Source: an uncultured virus (IMG/VR IMGVR_UViG_3300023174_000160)
Taxonomy: Duplodnaviria; Heunggongvirae; Uroviricota; Caudoviricetes
IMG/VR virus record: IMGVR_UViG_3300023174_000160
Strand: one strand, 5' to 3'
Length of the DNA stretch: 64,000 nucleotides
Positions 18,374-28,260 of the stretch are shown here, piece after piece. Position numbers and translations under genes: made by a program. The notes below the pieces were generated by a model. The model did no database searches. It had not been told where the DNA came from and saw nothing but the letters and a program-made list of their open reading frames with translations. How positions within the stretch are numbered: position 1 is the stretch's first letter; each line of letters starts with the position of its first letter.

Positions 18374-19282
18374 TTAGGCGCCCGGCGAACCGAACATGCC
18401 CAGCGGGTCAGACCAGCCAAAGCTGTAGCGCTCACGGGCCTTGTAGCGAACGTTCCCTGTATCGAAGTCCCCGTCCATTGACGTAGCCAGCGGGGTACGA
18501 ACGAAATGCTTCATACCATTCGGCACATCCGTGGTCAGGAACCAAGCGTTGGTGTCGGTCAGGAAGTGGTTAACGGTATAGCCTTCCGGAATCGAACCAT
18601 TGTTCATGATGGCGTTGATGTCGTTGTCGTTGGTACCAACACGCAGTTGGGTTTCCAGCAAACGGGTAGCGACGAACATCAGTGCCGGCGGAACAATCAG
18701 CTTACGCGGCTTAGCGGCAATCAGCAGACCACGTTCGTCAGTCCACGCAGCGATTTGAATCACGGCGTTTTCCAGCGAGGTTTCGTTCAGGTCAGCGGCG
18801 ACGGCCGGGGTGTTGCTGTTGGTGCCACCAGAGACAAGCGGGTGCGCGGTGTTGAACAGTTGGACGCCATCACCACCCGGGTAGGTAGCCGAGAAGCCGT
18901 TGTTCAGAACGTTAGCAGCCTTAACTTGCTTGGTGTAAGCCATAGCACGAGCCAGAGCCTTGGTATAACGAGCCGACAGGGTGTCGTACAGGTTATCTTC
19001 CACTGCTTCTTCAGTCAGCGAGAAGCCAAGAGCGATGGTTTCGTGGTTGTATCGGGCGGTCCAAGCTTCTTGCGCGTTGTCGTATGCGATTGCAGCGCCT
19101 TCGTTCTTGACCGGAGCAGCCGAGAAACCGGACAGCTTGGTTTCTTCTTCAAAGCTACGTTCCGAGGTTTCGGTTTCGTAGATTTCTTTATGCTCTTCAC
19201 CGTATTTGTTGTACTCCAAACCAAACAGCGCGTTCAGGCCGGGCAGGAGTTCTTTGAGTAGCTGGGCACGAGAAATTGCCAT
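18374..19282 (-). CDS. Major capsid protein (Mu gpT-like family)
   Basis: MAISRAQLLKELLPGLNALFG...YKARERYSFGWSDP; position after scaffold; AGGAG RBS. Confidence 0.9.
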   Translation of the reverse strand: MAISRAQLLKELLPGLNALFGLEYNKYGEEHKEIYETETSERSFEEETKLSGFSAAPVKNEGAAIAYDNAQEAWTARYNHETIALGFSLTEEAVEDNLYDTLSARYTKALARAMAYTKQVKAANVLNNGFSATYPGGDGVQLFNTAHPLVSGGTNSNTPAVAADLNETSLENAVIQIAAWTDERGLLIAAKPRKLIVPPALMFVATRLLETQLRVGTNDNDINAIMNNGSIPEGYTVNHFLTDTNAWFLTTDVPNGMKHFVRTPLATSMDGDFDTGNVRYKARERYSFGWSDPLGMFGSPGA

Positions 19283-19293
19283 GATTTATCTCC

Positions 19294-19935
19294 TTAGATG
19301 CCGGTGGCGTTGTTATACGAGTGATAACCGGCGTTGAACTTGACGACCAACTCCGTGAAGTTACCAGACGAGTTGGCGGTGTCCGGCACAACGTCAATGA
19401 CGCGCATCGGGGTGCTAGCAGTACCAGCGCCGCCCGGGGTGTACACACCAATCTTCGAGTTACCAGTGGTGGTCGAGCCGGTGTTTTGCACAACGGTGAC
19501 GTTGCTACCGATAACGGTCAGACCCAGATAAGCCGGGGTGAGCGCGTTAGCGCTATCTTCAACGTCGCCAGCAACCAGAACAACCTTGTACAGAGCGTTC
19601 GGGTCATCAGAAACGTAAGCGGTAGCGTCGGTAACGCCCGACAGGCCCGGCCAATATTGCGAGAACAGCTTTTGCTTGGTCGAGGGGTTGGTGTACGAAC
19701 AGCCGAGGAAAACGCCAACCAGACCGGCGACCGGGCTAGCTTCGTCTTGGATGTTCGACTTTGCCACAGTACCGCTGGAGGTAAGCGTAACGATGTCACC
19801 GTTGAAAATGTTGGTGCCGTACGAAACCGAAGTGGTAGTGATGGCGAATTGACGAGTTGCACCAGCGAACGGCAGGCCACCAACGAGGTTGATAGGCTTT
19901 AGGCCGTACGGGGCAGAAACAGTCGGGTATGCCAT
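19294..19935 (-). CDS. Putative minor capsid/cement protein
   Basis: APYGLKP...IFNGD...GVFLGC...DDP; lies just upstream of the capsid gene. Confidence 0.7.
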   Translation of the reverse strand: MAYPTVSAPYGLKPINLVGGLPFAGATRQFAITTTSVSYGTNIFNGDIVTLTSSGTVAKSNIQDEASPVAGLVGVFLGCSYTNPSTKQKLFSQYWPGLSGVTDATAYVSDDPNALYKVVLVAGDVEDSANALTPAYLGLTVIGSNVTVVQNTGSTTTGNSKIGVYTPGGAGTASTPMRVIDVVPDTANSSGNFTELVVKFNAGYHSYNNATGI

Positions 19936-19956
19936 ATTCTTGCTCCTAATTAAAAG

Positions 19957-20406
19957 TTACTTGCCTTTTCCGAAGGAAGTGGTCGATTTGCGTTCACGGA
20001 AGAGCGGCATGCGAGCATCGTTCTCTTTCATAAAGCTGTTATCGACCGCGTCGGTTTGGGCTTGCGCTTGTGCCGCATAGTGGCTGTTGCGCTGGTCCAC
20101 AAACTCCTTCGGGGTTTTACAGAGAAGTAGTCCACCGATTTCAATAAAGTCCTTGAACTTACTTTCGGCGTCTACAAAGAATTGCATTTCGGGGTGGTCC
20201 GTCAGTTTGACCGGTTCCCAACCTTCACGCATTTTAGAGGAGACATTGCGGGCGTCAGATTGACCCACCATGCTTGTACGAATCCACCGATATGACCAAC
20301 CCGGCTGCTGCTTAATTTCCGGAAGAAGCTCGGGCGGCTTCCATGCTTCAGGACGCCGATAGGTTTCAGTAGTTTCCAATTCACGTGCGAGACGATTTTC
20401 AGCCAT
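19957..20406 (-). CDS. Conserved head-module protein
   Basis: YRWIR...REGWEPV...GGLLLCK. Confidence 0.7.
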   Translation of the reverse strand: MAENRLARELETTETYRRPEAWKPPELLPEIKQQPGWSYRWIRTSMVGQSDARNVSSKMREGWEPVKLTDHPEMQFFVDAESKFKDFIEIGGLLLCKTPKEFVDQRNSHYAAQAQAQTDAVDNSFMKENDARMPLFRERKSTTSFGKGK

Positions 20407-21385
20407 TTGCATTCTCCATCTTAATCAGTTCACGAGCATATTGCTCCGGGGTAAGTCCAAGCTTTTTAGCAAGATTAACTTGCGTCTTGGTTAGCACAAT
20501 CTTCTTTGGCGCGGTGCTACGCGTTGCCGGTGCAACTACTGTGGACGGCTTTGCGCGAGGAACGGGTTTAGCCTCTTCCTGCGTACTCTCCCCAAAATAC
20601 TCGGGGAATCTTTTGCGCATCGTAGTGTTAATACGACGGTAATAGTCGTCAGACCTAGGGTCTACGCCTGTTTTAACCAGCTTTTCGTGCAGCCCCAAAG
20701 CCAAGCTGGTCATTTCTTCATCGCTTCCAAACCAAGGATTTTGCTCTTGCCACAAAACCGCTTTATGGTCCGGCTGACGAACTTGGGGCCGTTGTGATTC
20801 TGTATTTACTACATTTTCTTCATTTTGTACAGGCGTTTGTTTAGAAACATACAAGGGTTTATACCCCGTAACCTGCTGTACTTTCATTTGAGCGCTAGTC
20901 AAACGCTCTTGTGCCTGAATAACTTTTTCAGTATCGCCGGCATCGTATGCGTCACGATATTCACGCTTGGCAATATCAAACTCGCGTTCGGCAGCTTCTT
21001 TCATGGTGCTCATGAGCATTTCTTCGCCAGACGACAGCGTTGCTCGGAGCTTTTTATTCTCCTCCATGATTTGCTGGGCTACCCGCAGAGCTTCTTCCCG
21101 CTCACGCAGCGTTGCTTCTTTGGCTCGGCGTTCGTCATGCCAAACCTTTTTAAGCTGCGACATGCGAGTGCGTACGCGCTCGGAATAATCGTTTAGTTCG
21201 TCTTTTTCGAGGTCGTCCACTACCTCTTGGGGTAGCGGCTCGCGGCCGCGGTCTTCCTCAGGGGTGTCGTCCTCAATCTCGTAAGGGTCTTCGTCTTGGC
21301 TTACTACTTCCTCTTCAGCCACATTTTCTTGCTCGTCCGGAAACTCGTATTCGACCATTTCCATACTATTCTCTTGTCCCGCCAT
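20399..21385 (-). CDS. Putative scaffolding protein
   Basis: Acidic coiled coil, W--QNPWFG, C-terminal AKKLGLTPEQYA. Confidence 0.7.
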   Translation of the reverse strand: MAGQENSMEMVEYEFPDEQENVAEEEVVSQDEDPYEIEDDTPEEDRGREPLPQEVVDDLEKDELNDYSERVRTRMSQLKKVWHDERRAKEATLREREEALRVAQQIMEENKKLRATLSSGEEMLMSTMKEAAEREFDIAKREYRDAYDAGDTEKVIQAQERLTSAQMKVQQVTGYKPLYVSKQTPVQNEENVVNTESQRPQVRQPDHKAVLWQEQNPWFGSDEEMTSLALGLHEKLVKTGVDPRSDDYYRRINTTMRKRFPEYFGESTQEEAKPVPRAKPSTVVAPATRSTAPKKIVLTKTQVNLAKKLGLTPEQYARELIKMENANG

Positions 21386-21395
21386 TCTCTTCTCC

Positions 21396-21764
21396 TTATG
21401 CGCGTGAATACCCACGCGGGTCATCCACAACGGCCTCTACCGAATCATCGTTAATAATCCGGAACTCACGTCCATGAATCTTAATGCGGGTGCCGGCATA
21501 TGCTCGGGTGAGAATAAAATCGCCTTCCTTACACCAAGGTCCGGTGGGGAAACGACTTTCGTCTTTAAAGCACATATTGCCCATTTTCAAAACAAACAGG
21601 ACTACCGTAGAGGTTGCTTCAATCTCTTTGGTCTTATCTGCTTTAAGCAGACCATTTTCAAACGTATCGCCAACATCAGGGATGGCGCACAGCATGCGAT
21701 AGCCTTTCGGCTCGGGAAGTTGCGTAGGCATTTGGCCTTCGTTTTGCGTGACTTCTTCAGTCAT
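21396..21764 (-). CDS. groES: GroES-like co-chaperonin
   Basis: PKGYRML...WCKEGD...YAGTRIKIHGREFRIINDD. Confidence 0.8.
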   Translation of the reverse strand: MTEEVTQNEGQMPTQLPEPKGYRMLCAIPDVGDTFENGLLKADKTKEIEATSTVVLFVLKMGNMCFKDESRFPTGPWCKEGDFILTRAYAGTRIKIHGREFRIINDDSVEAVVDDPRGYSRA

Positions 21765-21945
21765 CGTCTTGCTCCAAAGTTGATGCGAGGTCTTTGATAA
21801 TCGATTGTGCAATCAGCAGACCCCGAGACTGACCACACAAATACTGATAGTGCGCAAAATCTTTTGCGTTTCCTTCGACCAAGCTCTCGCTAATAGCTTT
21901 CTGCTCTTCGTTAAGCTTGGAAATCAAAAACTCAATCGCGTCCAT
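21757..21945 (-). CDS. Small conserved hypothetical protein
   Basis: Coupled between portal and GroES. Confidence 0.7.
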   Translation of the reverse strand: MDAIEFLISKLNEEQKAISESLVEGNAKDFAHYQYLCGQSRGLLIAQSIIKDLASTLEQDDD

Positions 21946-24497
21946 TACTCACCTTTATTCTGGTCGGTGGGTTTTTTCTCAGACTTATTACCTGCTTGGT
22001 TATATGCCTGAATGCGAGACTGCAACGACTGGTGCTCCATCTGGTTAGTCGATTGTTCCTTCTGGTGGGCAAGCTGTTTCTCATGTTTGCTTGCGTCCAA
22101 CCCCATCCGCATGCCCTCGCTACGTTGCGACGCTGCCAACTTCTGTGCGTCCGTAGCTGCCTTCAGACCAACGTCAATACCCTTCTGGCGTTCTTGTGAC
22201 GCGATGCGCTCACGCTCAATCTCCAAGCGTTGTTGTTCAATCTGCACATCGGCCATCGCCTTCTGTTCTTTCATCGTCTGCTCGCGCTCTTTAATCTCCA
22301 GTTCTTTCTGCTGAATCTGGACGAGCGGGTCTTGCTGCTGTTGTTGCGCTTGTGCCTGCTGGGCTTCGGCGGTGTTCTTCTGGTTGAGCTTTTGAGCGGC
22401 TTGGGCAATCAAGCGGGACAGGTCCACTTCAACGTCTTCCGGCAGTTCTTCGTCCGGCGGCGGTAGCGGTACACCCAGTTGCTCTTCAATTTGCGTCCGG
22501 TAGGCAAAGGCTAGGTGCTCAGCAATATGCGCTTGGATTGCAGCTTGGATGCCCTGAGCGTTCGGAGACTGCCCAACCATTTGTGACAGCTTCGGGTCTT
22601 GCATGAACATCATGTGCGTTTGAATATGCGCCTCATGGTCCTGATAGATAAATGCCTTGTTCGGCGTGCTATTCAGGAAGTTCATGTTCTCCGTAACCGG
22701 GTCTTTGGGCTTTTGTTCCTCGTCCGGCGGAATTAGCTTGTCAACGTTTTTGACCCCGAGAACTTCGCACATCTGGCGATTAAGTTCTTTTTGGTTGTAT
22801 ACCTGCGGTGCGTTCGCTGCCATCTGCATAACTGCTTGCATTTGAACGACTTTTTGCGACATAGTCGCCGCATTCGGGTCAGATACCGGGATAACTTCTA
22901 CGTTGTCGTAGTCATCTTTGCGGGCCTTGCGGTCGCCTTCTTCCGGGTCAAAGTCGTACTCTTCCGGGGCGTAATCACGAATAATCGCGGCCAACAGCTT
23001 AAATTCTTGCTTCATCGCGTAGTGGATACGCGCCTGCACTGCCGACATAATCTTCAGCGTGCGTTCAAGAATAGCCAGAGTCGTACCCACCGGGGCTTGC
23101 GCCGACATATCCGAGACCTTCATATCAGCCGCACTAGCAAAGCGACGGCCTTCTTCGATAATCTGGTTCATCAACGCCATAAGAACTTGACTGGGTTCTT
23201 TGTACGGCAGGGGCATGATGTTATCCCGGATGGTGCCGCTGGGCACATCCACATCTCTAAACTCGGCCGGAGCAATCGGGGTGTCGTCGCCTTTAATACG
23301 CAAACCACGGGCCTTGAAGCCGCCGGGGAGGTTAGACAGAGTGCCTGCATCCACCAACTGACGAATCAGCATGGTGCCCGACTTGGCGTAAGCGCCAATA
23401 AGGTGGATTAGACCGAGGTTGTAGAAGCCAAAGCCGGGGATATAGCCGTAGTGCACAAAGTGCTGACGCTTCTGTTTGGTATCGTCTTCCGGGTCCCAGT
23501 TGCGGCGAATAGCCAGAATAGTCTGGGTGCCCTTCTCAATCGTTACCACATACGGCAGAGCCACACCGGTCTCTTCACCAGACTCATCCGTATCTTCGTC
23601 GCCCGCAAGAATCAAATCTACGTGCATCTCAAGCAGCTTGAACCGCTCATCGGACGTAGCGCGAAAGCCCATCTTTTCGGCAATCTTTTTCTCTACTTCG
23701 TCCAACACAGCCACCGGCTCGCCAAGGTCTACATCTCGATAGAACCCAGCCACCTGAAGCTTACGAATCTCATTAGATGTTTTGCGCATAACATGAGTAA
23801 CGCGCTCTGCTGTTCGTAGGTCTGATGCCCCGTACGGCACCAACATATCTTCTGCTGGTACGTAGACAGCCGCTTGACGGCCAAGGTACGGGTCAAAATA
23901 AATTTTCTTGAAGGCGTTGCCAGCAAGGCCCAGACCCCACAAAAGACGCTCATGCTCAGGGCGATACTCCGGCATATTCTCGGTGAGCTGGTAGTTCATG
24001 TCCTCACGCACGCGGTCTGCGGCGTCGGCTTTCTCCGGGGTTTCCTTGCCGAGAATCTTGGTCTTGACCGGACCTGCAGCGGGGAAGGTCTCCATAATCG
24101 TTTCCGACTGGAACTTAACTAGGGCTTCTGCCAGCAGGGGGTGATATACAGAGCATGCACCGGGCCACGGTTCAGTGCGGTCTTCCAAGCGGATACCCAG
24201 CAACTCAAGGCCATCGACGTAAGTCTCAAGCCAATCCCGACGCGACGCGACATCTGTATCAAAATCTGCCAGAAGTTCCCCAGCAAGATGCGTCAGTTGG
24301 CCCTCGTCCATCTCATCGGCGAGGTTTGCGTTAAATTCATCATCCGCTGCCGTGTCTGGCTCGATAGTAACTTCCATGCTGCCGTCGCTAAGCGTCACAC
24401 TTTCCGGGTCTTCGATTTGGATTTCGAGGTCGGGTTGTAGTGTTTCGTCACCAGTCAGCCCCTGCGGAGCCGGATTAATTGCCTTATCAATTGCCAT
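21945..24497 (-). CDS. Portal protein, 850 aa
   Basis: Follows terL; LVDAGTLSNLPGGFK; Q-rich coiled-coil C-terminus as in podovirus portals. Confidence 0.85.
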   Translation of the reverse strand: MAIDKAINPAPQGLTGDETLQPDLEIQIEDPESVTLSDGSMEVTIEPDTAADDEFNANLADEMDEGQLTHLAGELLADFDTDVASRRDWLETYVDGLELLGIRLEDRTEPWPGACSVYHPLLAEALVKFQSETIMETFPAAGPVKTKILGKETPEKADAADRVREDMNYQLTENMPEYRPEHERLLWGLGLAGNAFKKIYFDPYLGRQAAVYVPAEDMLVPYGASDLRTAERVTHVMRKTSNEIRKLQVAGFYRDVDLGEPVAVLDEVEKKIAEKMGFRATSDERFKLLEMHVDLILAGDEDTDESGEETGVALPYVVTIEKGTQTILAIRRNWDPEDDTKQKRQHFVHYGYIPGFGFYNLGLIHLIGAYAKSGTMLIRQLVDAGTLSNLPGGFKARGLRIKGDDTPIAPAEFRDVDVPSGTIRDNIMPLPYKEPSQVLMALMNQIIEEGRRFASAADMKVSDMSAQAPVGTTLAILERTLKIMSAVQARIHYAMKQEFKLLAAIIRDYAPEEYDFDPEEGDRKARKDDYDNVEVIPVSDPNAATMSQKVVQMQAVMQMAANAPQVYNQKELNRQMCEVLGVKNVDKLIPPDEEQKPKDPVTENMNFLNSTPNKAFIYQDHEAHIQTHMMFMQDPKLSQMVGQSPNAQGIQAAIQAHIAEHLAFAYRTQIEEQLGVPLPPPDEELPEDVEVDLSRLIAQAAQKLNQKNTAEAQQAQAQQQQQDPLVQIQQKELEIKEREQTMKEQKAMADVQIEQQRLEIERERIASQERQKGIDVGLKAATDAQKLAASQRSEGMRMGLDASKHEKQLAHQKEQSTNQMEHQSLQSRIQAYNQAGNKSEKKPTDQNKGE

Positions 24498-24506
24498 GTC
24501 GCGCCC

Positions 24507-26024
24507 TTAAATTGCGTAAAACCGCTTCTCGCGGCTACTTTTAAATCCCGGAATCTCGTCTTTATAATCAGAATCTAGACGGATAAACCCACCCCTACGG
24601 AAGCGCAGCAGCGCTTGGGTCATGCTATCCACCATGTCGTCGTGCTCGCCTGATGGAAACGAAGCAACTTCTTCTACTAATTCTTCCGCCCAATTAGTAT
24701 TAGGCACCCATACCTTGCTAGAAGCAAAAATATCTGCTACGGCATTAAGTCTGGCGATTTTATCGTTACCTCTTGACGGGGTAAACTCCTGTACCGGTAT
24801 GCCCCGGGCGCGTAATTCAAACACCAACGGTGCGCCGGCCGCTTTTGCTTCGATAATCAGGCTATCTGGTTCCCATTCGGTGTAACACTCGTACGCCATT
24901 TCTTTTAGTTCTGGGAACTCCATACGCTTTTTGAACGCGTCTAGCAAGATAATGTTGGCATCGTTCTCATCTTCGTTGTTATAGAAGACACCCCACGTCG
25001 TACAGGCGGAATAGTCAGCCCGTTCGTGCTTTAAGAACGCGGTATCCCAAGATTGGATAATAAATTCACAGCGCGGCGGGCGTTCGTCTTCCCAAATCTG
25101 CCACCATTCGCGTTTAATAATCGCGCTTACGTCGCTGGTAGGGTCTTGTTGGTACTGCGCCATCCATTTTGGGTGCGGAAGTTCGGCTTTTAGCGCTTCA
25201 AGTTCCTTCAAAGACCAAAACTGAGGCCATAGGGGGCGCCCAGACGGCAGCAAAGCCGGGAACTCGATAACTTCCCATTCTTCTCCACTGCGTTGAGCAG
25301 CGGCCTTCAAAACCTGCCCTGTGAGGTCTTTCTTTGACCATCGTGTCATCACAACTACGATAGAACCACCCGGCTGCAGACGCTGACGAGGGCCAGATGT
25401 GTACCACTCGTAGGTTTTGTCGTAGATTTCGGGGTTGGTTTCGGACAGTGCTGCTTCTTGTTCGCTGTGCGGGTCGTCAATAATCAGTAGGTCAGCACCT
25501 TTACCAGTAACTGCGCCCCCCACACCAATAGCAAAGTACTCTCCACCTCGGTTAGTAGCCCAGCGACCAGCGGCCTTAGAGTCAGCTTGTAGAGAAACAT
25601 CAGAAAAGATTGTTTTATAGACATCGCTATCCACCAAGTTACGGACTTTCCGGCCAAAGCCAACCGCCAGCTCAGCAGTGTGGGATGTCTGAATGACTTT
25701 CTTGCCGGGAAAATTACCCAGAAACCACGATGGCAGCAGATAAGACGCAAATTCTGACTTAGTATGCCGTGGCGGCATGTTGATGATAAGGCGTTTAATC
25801 TCGCCTCGGGCCACCCGCTCGAACGCAGCGGCCATTTTCTTGTGGTGTGCGCCGTCAATGAAGCTAGGCCATACGGTATGCACGTACTCCATGAACTCTA
25901 CTTGGGCTTTTTCGGTCTTTTTCTTGCCTTCGTACTCTTCCAGCAGCGCCAAAATGTTTTGTCGTTCGTGCTCTGGCATTAGCGGCAGTGCTAATTTGAG
26001 CTTTTTGGCGAGTTCAGGCGTCAT
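24507..26024 (-). CDS. terL: Terminase large subunit
   Basis: Walker A PPRHTKS, Walker B LLIIDD, nuclease SWDTA...HDDMVD. Confidence 0.95.
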   Translation of the reverse strand: MTPELAKKLKLALPLMPEHERQNILALLEEYEGKKKTEKAQVEFMEYVHTVWPSFIDGAHHKKMAAAFERVARGEIKRLIINMPPRHTKSEFASYLLPSWFLGNFPGKKVIQTSHTAELAVGFGRKVRNLVDSDVYKTIFSDVSLQADSKAAGRWATNRGGEYFAIGVGGAVTGKGADLLIIDDPHSEQEAALSETNPEIYDKTYEWYTSGPRQRLQPGGSIVVVMTRWSKKDLTGQVLKAAAQRSGEEWEVIEFPALLPSGRPLWPQFWSLKELEALKAELPHPKWMAQYQQDPTSDVSAIIKREWWQIWEDERPPRCEFIIQSWDTAFLKHERADYSACTTWGVFYNNEDENDANIILLDAFKKRMEFPELKEMAYECYTEWEPDSLIIEAKAAGAPLVFELRARGIPVQEFTPSRGNDKIARLNAVADIFASSKVWVPNTNWAEELVEEVASFPSGEHDDMVDSMTQALLRFRRGGFIRLDSDYKDEIPGFKSSREKRFYAI

Positions 26025-26574
26025 TCTTCAGCCCTAATTCCGCATCCAAATCTAGTGCCAGCAAATCAAGCGGCTTTTGTACTACTTCCGCTTCAATATA
26101 GTTGTCCAACTTCTTCAAAATCTCTGCTTCGATGTCGGTGGACTTGCGGTGAGTTATATCAATCTGCACCTTTTCGGCGAACAGACCAACATCAGAAATC
26201 TTACCCAGCAGTTCTAGGGCGCGTAGGCGGTCGCTGGGCTTCTCGTTTTCGGTTTCTTCAATAAGCCGATTGGTTACAAACGTGCGCAAACGTTGAGCAG
26301 CATTAAGTAGCTCGTGGTCGTAGGCAGAAAGAAGCGCTTCTAGTTTGAGCACCGTGCCCGGCGTGATTCTTTTGGTCAGGGGCTTTTGTTCGGTGAAGAG
26401 TTGGGCGGCGTCTTCTTCGTCTTCTGGTGTGATTTCTACTTCTGCGCCGTTCTTAATTAGTTCTTGCACGGTCTCGCAGAACGCGCGTGCCTTTTCTCGG
26501 AAGTCTTCGATTTCTTCCGGTGTAGTGTTGATAGGCAAAGGTATGCCTAATTCTGGCGTAACTACTAGTGGCAT
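26014..26574 (-). CDS. Terminase small subunit (putative)
   Basis: Overlaps the terL start; RLRALELLGK...GLF motif. Confidence 0.75.
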   Translation of the reverse strand: MPLVVTPELGIPLPINTTPEEIEDFREKARAFCETVQELIKNGAEVEITPEDEEDAAQLFTEQKPLTKRITPGTVLKLEALLSAYDHELLNAAQRLRTFVTNRLIEETENEKPSDRLRALELLGKISDVGLFAEKVQIDITHRKSTDIEAEILKKLDNYIEAEVVQKPLDLLALDLDAELGLKNDA

Positions 26575-26644
26575 TTTTTAAATGCGTGGTTCCATCCACG
26601 GGGGGTGTTTCTAGCCGCGACTAAAACACATATTAGGAAATAAA

Positions 26645-26989
26645 TCAAGGGGGTGGGGGGTCTTTTTTATTTTTCTTTTCGTCGTAGTGATGAATACGGT
26701 GGCAATTAGCGCAGAGCACGATGCACTTGCTTGCTTCTTCGTAGGCACGTTTGAACTGGCCGTTGGAGCTGTATTTCTGCACCGAGCTTTCTTTTTGTTT
26801 TGGGTCGGGATGATGGAAATCTAATGTCGCGGGGTGGTTCTGGCCGCATTGAGCACAGGCTAGGGACGCTTTGTATTGCCGCCATTCTTCGCGCTTTATA
26901 GCCTTGTTGCGGGTTGTTGCCTCTATACATTTTTGTTTGTTCTTCTCGTACCACTTCTTGCCGTAATTTTCGTATGTAGGGGTGGGCAT
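26645..26989 (-). CDS. HNH endonuclease
   Basis: CAQCG...LDFHH...KCIVLCANCHRIHH. Confidence 0.85.
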   Translation of the reverse strand: MPTPTYENYGKKWYEKNKQKCIEATTRNKAIKREEWRQYKASLACAQCGQNHPATLDFHHPDPKQKESSVQKYSSNGQFKRAYEEASKCIVLCANCHRIHHYDEKKNKKDPPPP

Positions 26990-27125
26990 ATGTGGGAGGT
27001 AATGTCAAGTGACGGGGGTAGTCTACAGAATTGCGGTTCGACTGTGTGGATTACAGTGCATAGCAGAACGGGCGGAGTCCCAAAGCCTATCTGGGGGGTC
27101 GGGGTAAGGTGGGGTCGGCCAGATG

Positions 27126-27142
27126 TACTAAATCGCTTAGTA
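27126..27142. promoter_or_regulatory. Operator-like palindrome TACTAA-N5-TTAGTA
   Basis: Perfect copy 4 bp upstream of a -35; recurs in the early arm. Confidence 0.75.
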
Positions 27143-27146
27143 ACAC

Positions 27147-27174
27147 TTGACATTGGGCGCAATTGCTGTAGAAT
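27147..27174 (+). promoter_or_regulatory. Early sigma70 promoter 1
   Basis: TTGACA-N16-TAGAAT. Confidence 0.7.
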
Positions 27175-27244
27175 GTAACACATGGACGACATACGTCCTG
27201 CTGACTAGGCGGCTTACCTAGTGTGACTAAAAGGATTTAGTAAA

Positions 27245-27748
27245 ATGGACGCAAACTATAGCGCGATGGTCGAATCGGTCAAGGCTGCAATCAAGGCTAG
27301 CAAGACAGCGGATAGCGGGTGGGACGCTGCGGGTAAACACATTCTAGCTTTCTATAAATCACCCGAGGCGCTCAAAGAGGTCAAGGTTCAATTCTGCGCG
27401 GATATCATTATCCCAATGCTAGAAAAGCGCCACCGCGATGCACTAATGGCTAATGTGAAGGATACAGACGCAAAGAGTCCAGAGGGCATTGCAGTACGCG
27501 CAGCGAAAAAAGACGCCACCGCAACACGTGACACGATGTTTATGCACGCGCTGAAAAAGGCTTGGCCAAACTATGGTAAGACAGCGGACGCCGCCACTGC
27601 GCCCAAGGTGTCGGACTCTGACAAATTCCGCAACACGCTGACCACGCTCATCAAGCAAATCGAAGACAAGCAGGATTTGGATTTTGCGCCGGATATGGCA
27701 ACCAAACATCTGCGCGCCGCGCTCGCTGCGATGGTGGCGAAATACTAA
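27245..27748 (+). CDS. First early gene, hypothetical 167 aa
   Basis: Has its own promoter, RBS and terminator. Confidence 0.8.
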   Translation: MDANYSAMVESVKAAIKASKTADSGWDAAGKHILAFYKSPEALKEVKVQFCADIIIPMLEKRHRDALMANVKDTDAKSPEGIAVRAAKKDATATRDTMFMHALKKAWPNYGKTADAATAPKVSDSDKFRNTLTTLIKQIEDKQDLDFAPDMATKHLRAALAAMVAKY

Positions 27749-27759
27749 ACTACTTAGTA
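27743..27759. promoter_or_regulatory. Operator-like palindrome TACTAA-N5-TTAGTA
   Basis: Perfect copy overlapping the stop codon. Confidence 0.7.
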
Positions 27760-27765
27760 CATCAC

Positions 27766-27788
27766 GCCCCGCTCCGGCGGGGCTTTTT
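27766..27788 (+). terminator. Intrinsic terminator
   Basis: GCCCCGC-TCCG-GCGGGGC-TTTTT. Confidence 0.85.
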
Positions 27789-27884
27789 ACGTCCGCGCTT
27801 TGCGTGTCCAAAAACTGGCATCGGAATGGCACAGCAGCAGGCGGCCGACTCGACTATGTTTTGCTGCATCGCAACAAAATGGGC

Positions 27885-28260
27885 AATGTTACAACTTTTT
27901 GCGACATGAACTTTGCAGCATTGGCGCGGGTAAAAACGGCACTAATGATACTTTGACGCGCATCGTGTTGCATGCTTGTAACATGATTTGTAACATGAAC
28001 TTTGCAGCATCCATGCGGGTTTAGAAGGCCTTAATGATATTCTGTTACAAAATTAAGAAAAAATGAACCACCACCAAAAAATTTTTTCTCGCTGCGCGAG
28101 TGTCAATTGACAATGTAAAGTGTAAAGTGATTTCGAAAAATTTATTTTTTCTGGCGAGTATAGGAAAAAAGTGTAACATTGCAACAGAGTATCACTAAGG
28201 CCTCGACAGACAATGGTTTGCCTAGATTCTTCATGTCGCAAAAAATGTTACAAAGTATCA
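27885..28260. repeat. Two direct and one inverted ~75-bp units around an AT-rich core (putative origin)
   Basis: CATGAACTTTGCAGCAT at 27905 and 27994; inverted pairs 27896-27910/28230-28244 and 28026-28050/28180-28204. Confidence 0.75.

Noticed and set aside
27800..28241. Short ORFs across the repeat region
   Set aside because: They have no RBS, and the repeat structure and A/T runs explain the region better as non-coding
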